Virus record (IMG/VR): IMGVR_UViG_3300010413_000076
Coordinates: 1-41,741 of that record
DNA: 41,741 nucleotides
Reading direction: 5' to 3' (one strand)
Source: a virus
Taxonomy: Duplodnaviria; Caudoviricetes
Each line of letters starts with the position of its first letter. Position 1 is the stretch's first letter. The translations under genes and the position numbers were made by a program. A model generated the notes under the pieces. The model did not search any database and was not told where the DNA came from. It saw only the letters and a list, made by a program, of their open reading frames with translations. Of this stretch, positions 37,595 through 41,741 are shown in pieces.

Positions 37595-38032
37595 ATGGCA
37601 GACCCAGCAACTACAGGGATTACAGCAGCCGCAAAAGTCGTTCAAGGGGTTGATCCTCTGGCGATTACTCAGATACCTAATTGGGTCTGGATGGTTGGCT
37701 TTACTGTGGGCATGGCGGCTAGTTACTTGGTTGCTTGGTCTCTTCATCTGGTTAAACTCGCTATTAGTAGAGCAAAACCAGGAGATAGCGCAGGCTCTGA
37801 AACCGGCGGGTGCAACATCACGACAGGAGTGCACACGGAGTGCCAAAACAACTGGCAAGAGCAGATAAGGGAACTAAAAGCTTACATCAAGGAGGTAGAC
37901 AATAACGGCAAAGCTACGGACAAGAGGCTCTGGAGCTTATTGCTAGGGGAAGTAGTCAAACAAAAACATGGACACCACGAACAACATGGACACCACGAAC
38001 ACCACCACGCCAACAAATCCGATCACACATAA
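37595..38032 (+). CDS. Single-pass membrane protein with coiled coil and His-rich tail
   Basis: One hydrophobic segment; GAGG RBS. Confidence 0.6.
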   Translation: MADPATTGITAAAKVVQGVDPLAITQIPNWVWMVGFTVGMAASYLVAWSLHLVKLAISRAKPGDSAGSETGGCNITTGVHTECQNNWQEQIRELKAYIKEVDNNGKATDKRLWSLLLGEVVKQKHGHHEQHGHHEHHHANKSDHT

Positions 38033-38036
38033 AAAG

Positions 38037-38067
38037 AAGGGGCGCCTCGGTCTATTGAGCGCCCCTT
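38037..38067. terminator. Probable bidirectional terminator between converging arms
   Basis: AAGGGGCGC / GCGCCCCTT stem with an A-run on the left and T's on the right. Confidence 0.7.
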
Positions 38068-38157
38068 TAAGGGGAAACCTTACGTTCTGTTATGTGTGAT
38101 CATTCTCGCGCCTTCCTTGCGCTAGACACCCTCCGTTAGGTCCTACCCATGGCTACG

Positions 38158-38757
38158 TCAGCCACTATTATCACCTCCTTTCACCTCTGAGGGAGGAGAG
38201 GTTTTACCGATCAAGTCAGAGTCGGAGTCCACATCGGCGCTTTCGCCTGTTTCGGCAACTTGGCAGATGCTTTTTTGGTTGGCAGCGTTCGCGCCGTGTT
38301 GGTTCTCCTCTACTTCTTTGTCGGTACCTCCCTCCATGTCACCTTCCAAGTTCAAGAACGTATGTCGGTTTATTTTGACAGTTACTCTATCCTCTCTGAA
38401 CCAATTAGGTAATGACCCCCTAGAGCGCACAGTTACGTCTATGTTCAGATAGTGATCAGCTCCTTTGCTGACGTCTTCAGCCTGCCCACTTAGTGCTTTG
38501 TGCGCCACCATGCAACATTCATGCCATGCTGGGTCATTTTCGTCTATCTTGGCCAGGGCCATTCGGGCGTCTGATGAATTCCAACCTGAGAACTGGTAAG
38601 GCTGCAACACCACTTCACCTACTGACATATTGCGTCTGGTTGCCCTGTTCATAACCACGTTAGCTACCGCAAGCTTGCCTAGCTCAGGTTCGCCTCTAGC
38701 CTCAACCCATAACGTCAGGGCCAACCACATCCACGAGGATACTGCTAATCTAGCCAT
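38158..38757 (-). CDS. SleB/Hydrolase_2-family cell wall hydrolase (endolysin)
   Basis: LALTLWVEARGE..GKLAVANVVMNR, QPYQFSGWN, GADHY, INRHTF; start moved to ATG 38757 after AGGAG. Confidence 0.9.
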   Translation of the reverse strand: MARLAVSSWMWLALTLWVEARGEPELGKLAVANVVMNRATRRNMSVGEVVLQPYQFSGWNSSDARMALAKIDENDPAWHECCMVAHKALSGQAEDVSKGADHYLNIDVTVRSRGSLPNWFREDRVTVKINRHTFLNLEGDMEGGTDKEVEENQHGANAANQKSICQVAETGESADVDSDSDLIGKTSPPSEVKGGDNSG

Positions 38758-38784
38758 TTTTCTGCTCTCCTGTTTTAAGTTAAA

Positions 38785-38843
38785 GAAAAAAGCCGCCTGC
38801 CCACTGGAGGGGAACACACGAGCAGCGCGTGTGGGGCAGGCGG
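38785..38843 (-). terminator. Terminator-like hairpin upstream of the endolysin
   Basis: CCGCCTGCCC / GGGCAGGCGG stem with a U-tract on the minus strand. Confidence 0.65.
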
Positions 38844-38854
38844 GGTTCCATCAG

Positions 38855-39118
38855 TTAACGAGGACGCGTTGAGTACTTGTCAGGATGTGCCAGAGTTAAA
38901 CCTATACTCTCAAACCCTGACTCAGCAACTCTGTGCCTTTCAGTTCTTCGGTCTATGTCGTTTACGGCCACTTCCACCACGGATAGATTGGTAGCTATGT
39001 CAACAACACAATCAAGCAGCTCTTGTACATCCTCACGCAACATAGACCCTTCGGATAGCTTTTTCTGCAGCTTCTTTGCTCTACTCAATACGTCCACCAT
39101 CGAGGGTATTTTAGCCAT
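38855..39118 (-). CDS. Hypothetical protein
   Basis: AAGGAG RBS. Confidence 0.65.
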   Translation of the reverse strand: MAKIPSMVDVLSRAKKLQKKLSEGSMLREDVQELLDCVVDIATNLSVVEVAVNDIDRRTERHRVAESGFESIGLTLAHPDKYSTRPR

Positions 39119-39173
39119 GTCGCGTCTCCTTTATAATCATTCTACCCTGACCTACGTCTCCTACACAATACCC

Positions 39174-39485
39174 CTATCGCAATACCCCTACCATACCATG
39201 ACGTACGGCTGACCGTGGGGCCATCTTCTCTGCGGCCTTCTTGGTCTTGAACATCTTCTTAGACCACGCCTTGAATTTTTGTCCGTACGTCACGCCAGGG
39301 CCGCTAGGGCGACAGAACGACGCAGAGTCCATGCCGCCCAGCCAAAATAATAGAATATTGCGTGCCTTGCGCCGGTCTCGCTTATTACGTGCAACTTCCT
39401 TCATCATAAGCTTTTGTTCTCTAGTCTGTGGGCGCGTGTGCCTTCCTCCCTTGTACGCTCTAGTCATGGCCCTGACCCTCATCAT
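39174..39485 (-). CDS. Basic hypothetical protein
   Basis: Co-oriented; fills the gap. Confidence 0.5.
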   Translation of the reverse strand: MMRVRAMTRAYKGGRHTRPQTREQKLMMKEVARNKRDRRKARNILLFWLGGMDSASFCRPSGPGVTYGQKFKAWSKKMFKTKKAAEKMAPRSAVRHGMVGVLR

Positions 39486-40383
39486 ACTTAATGTGTGGAC
39501 GACTCAGTTTGCACTCTGGACGACTGTCCAGAGCCAGCCTATTTAGTTCGTCCAGGTCGTCTGCGTCTGGGTTAAAGCCGCATTCACTGCATAGCAGCGG
39601 GGCGTCAGTACATGCCGAACAAGGCGGGTTACCCGTGTGGCAAATGCAAGGATCTACGCGCCGCACATCCATCACGCCGACGCACCCGTATACCGGACAA
39701 GGGTCACCTATGCTTAGGTTGTCCAGGGCTGTCTGTATGTTTGGCTGCGACACATTAGCAGTGGTCTCTATGCTCCAGCGTTCTGGTTCATCGTCCAACA
39801 TGCCGCCATGTTCGGGCATCCCCAGCAGTCTATGTGTTGCGTCCACCTGTTCCAGGTATTTCTCCGTTGATGACTTCAACCGTTCGTTCAACGTGTCATC
39901 GTCTTCCTTGGCTGCTCTTATAGCCCTACCTATCGACTCCGTTATACCTCTTTTTACTTGGTCCAGCTTAAGCCTAGAAGGACCGCCATACTTGCAGGAT
40001 CTGAGCGCCCCCCAGAGGGACTGTTCATAGTAGTTCGCCGCCTCCCAGTCACTGTTGCTGAAGTTGGCTAGTATTCCGTCATTCGGTGCGTTAGCCTGTA
40101 CTGCCTCACTCACCGTCTGTATTATGTCTTCTACTAGGCTGTTGAAGTCGTCGTCATTCAGTAGTGCGTATATGGCTGCCAGCGTGTTTAGGTTGCCACC
40201 TTTTATCATCTGAAGGCTTCTCACTACCTCCACCAACCCTTCCACGTCTCGACCAAAGGCAGCAGCGCCGACCGACGCCGGTTTACCCTTCGCCTCGTCG
40301 TCTGACAACTTGAGCATCTCACCTATAGCCATAGCCAGATATGGCAGCACCCTTAACAGTACCTCTAACAGTTTAAGATTCAT
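39460..40383 (-). CDS. Hypothetical protein with C-terminal Cys/His cluster
   Basis: AGGAG RBS; CP..GC...CICH..PPCSAC....CSECG. Confidence 0.7.
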   Translation of the reverse strand: MNLKLLEVLLRVLPYLAMAIGEMLKLSDDEAKGKPASVGAAAFGRDVEGLVEVVRSLQMIKGGNLNTLAAIYALLNDDDFNSLVEDIIQTVSEAVQANAPNDGILANFSNSDWEAANYYEQSLWGALRSCKYGGPSRLKLDQVKRGITESIGRAIRAAKEDDDTLNERLKSSTEKYLEQVDATHRLLGMPEHGGMLDDEPERWSIETTANVSQPNIQTALDNLSIGDPCPVYGCVGVMDVRRVDPCICHTGNPPCSACTDAPLLCSECGFNPDADDLDELNRLALDSRPECKLSRPHIKYDEGQGHD

Positions 40384-40505
40384 GTCGTTTTTCTCCTGTG
40401 TGTGTTCTTTGGTAGGTTATAAAGTACGGGAGGTACGCTCTTGAACAAAGAGAAAGTATTTTCCTTGCCATAGAAACATGTACCCCCCTACATCAGGCCA
40501 GATTC

Positions 40506-41318
40506 CTATATCGCGTTAAGTTTTATGTGGGCTTCTCTTGTTCTGTGTATGTCAGCAACGCAATGATCCACCACGGCGTCTACGTCACCCAGCTTTAGGC
40601 GTTCCCACACGTCAGCGCCTGTGATTGAGTCGTCGATTTCGATGCCTAGCTGTCTGCACATTTCGTCGAGGGTCTCACCTTTTTGAGGGTGGTAGCTGAA
40701 CCACCACGGGCGTAAGTCTATCACGGCGTCATCGTAACGTTTGCGTTGGTGGAAGTTGAAGCCGTGCGTATCAGCGCCCAGCACGATCGACCTCTTCCAC
40801 AGAAAGTTAAGATCGAACTCGCCTATGTTGAACCCTACCCAGTACGCGGGGTTGATGCCAGCCACGATGCTGAAAAAGTCTTCAAGCATGGCCTTTTCTC
40901 TTAAGGCGTCTTCCTTCAAACCGGCTGACGTAAATCCGTCAATAAGGACCTCACGGGATAACACAATGGGTTCCTCGTTGTCGAACGCAAAAGCTAGGAC
41001 GACTAAGCGCCCCAGACCACCACTGAGCGACGTTTTGAGGAGTTCCTTCTCTACTAAACTGGGCTTTACATTGGCGTACCAGTCAGCTATAGACTCAGGC
41101 TTCTTGTAACTCGAAGGTATGACGACCGACTCCTCTATTGCTTGGCGCGTTTTAGGGTCTAGCGTCGGCGCTGTTTCCGTGTCCAAGTAGCCGAATGTAG
41201 CCAACTTTTTAGCCTTGCCGCGTTCAGGCTCGTTAGCTAGATCTTCGCCGAATGATGACGGCAGCGGCGTTGGTTCGTGTATAATTTTTTCCTCTGGTTG
41301 TTTCTTTTTGCTCCCCAT
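40506..41318 (-). CDS. DnaQ/PolB-like 3'-5' exonuclease
   Basis: LDTET, VGFNIGEFD, IDL, HCVADI. Confidence 0.85.
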   Translation of the reverse strand: MGSKKKQPEEKIIHEPTPLPSSFGEDLANEPERGKAKKLATFGYLDTETAPTLDPKTRQAIEESVVIPSSYKKPESIADWYANVKPSLVEKELLKTSLSGGLGRLVVLAFAFDNEEPIVLSREVLIDGFTSAGLKEDALREKAMLEDFFSIVAGINPAYWVGFNIGEFDLNFLWKRSIVLGADTHGFNFHQRKRYDDAVIDLRPWWFSYHPQKGETLDEMCRQLGIEIDDSITGADVWERLKLGDVDAVVDHCVADIHRTREAHIKLNAI

Positions 41319-41328
41319 TATAATTCTC

Positions 41329-41547
41329 CTATCTATACACTACTAAGGTTGTTAGCTGCCAGAACGCCTTGAGCGTTTCCGGCGTAATCAGGTAAAAGAT
41401 GGCTAAGGCCACCAAAGCTGACGACGCCAACCCAATAAAAACGCCGAGCAGCAATGATGGCCCATGAATGTTTGTTCGTTTAGGCCTACGTTTGCGTTGT
41501 GCTGGTAGAGGACACGACAGACAAGGCTGCAAACCGGGCACCCACAT
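41329..41547 (-). CDS. Small membrane protein
   Basis: AGGAG RBS, TAATG overlap, one long hydrophobic helix. Confidence 0.6.
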   Translation of the reverse strand: MWVPGLQPCLSCPLPAQRKRRPKRTNIHGPSLLLGVFIGLASSALVALAIFYLITPETLKAFWQLTTLVVYR

Positions 41548-41741
41548 TACGCTGATCTCCTATCTGAGTTAGCGTCTTTGAGTATAGGCTCCCATGTCTT
41601 ATTAACTTCTGCCTGTATGCGTTGCCTCTCCTCTGCCTCCTCTGCCTCCTCTGCCTCCTCTGCCTCCTCTGCCTCCTCTGCCTCCTCTGCCTCCTCTGCC
41701 TCCTCTGCCTCCTCTGCCTCCTCTGCCTCCTCTGCCTCCTC
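41547..41741 (-). CDS. 3' end of the junction-spanning diphosphohydrolase gene
   Basis: (EEA)n then ERQRIQAEVNKTWEPILKDANSDRRSA*; in frame with 1..833 once the terminal overlap is trimmed. Confidence 0.7.
   Translation of the reverse strand, partial: EEAEEAEEAEEAEEAEEAEEAEEAEEAEEAEEAEEAEERQRIQAEVNKTWEPILKDANSDRRSA
41628..41741. repeat. (GCCTCCTCT)n tandem repeat, about 12 copies
   Basis: Read directly; the last 107 nt are identical to the first 107 nt. Confidence 0.98.

Noticed and set aside
1-41741. Integrated prophage, tRNA genes or an HD-domain datZ
   Set aside because: No integrase, host flanks, cloverleaf or HD motif was recognised by eye; divergent versions could have been missed

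Overview
The window appears to be an essentially complete ~41.6 kb tailed (siphovirus-like) phage genome. Both ends fall in the same (GCCTCCTCT)n repeat, and one gene reads across the junction. Two arms diverge near 17.9-18.1 kb. The rightward arm holds morphogenesis genes: terminase, portal, minor head, protease/scaffold, capsid, neck, tail tube, frameshifted chaperone, tape measure, tail tip and receptor-binding protein. The leftward arm holds early and DNA-metabolism genes and runs across the junction to an SleB-type endolysin. The main finding is a candidate 2-aminoadenine (Z) genome system: a PurZ with mixed PurZ0/PurZ signatures, a coupled DUF5664-like dATP/dGTP diphosphohydrolase missed by the ORF track, and a family A polymerase fused to an intact family-4 UDG domain. 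NDT-like, ERCC4, DinG, Sak4-like and 3'-5' exonuclease genes lie in the same arm. Non-coding highlights are two host-type parS sites about half a genome apart with no phage ParB, four related leftward promoters carrying a TTGAC-N5-GTCAA-type palindrome, and an iteron-like region. Two local reading-frame anomalies were also seen. No integrase, primase, tRNA or CRISPR array was recognised. All family calls rest on motifs recognised by eye, not on database searches.
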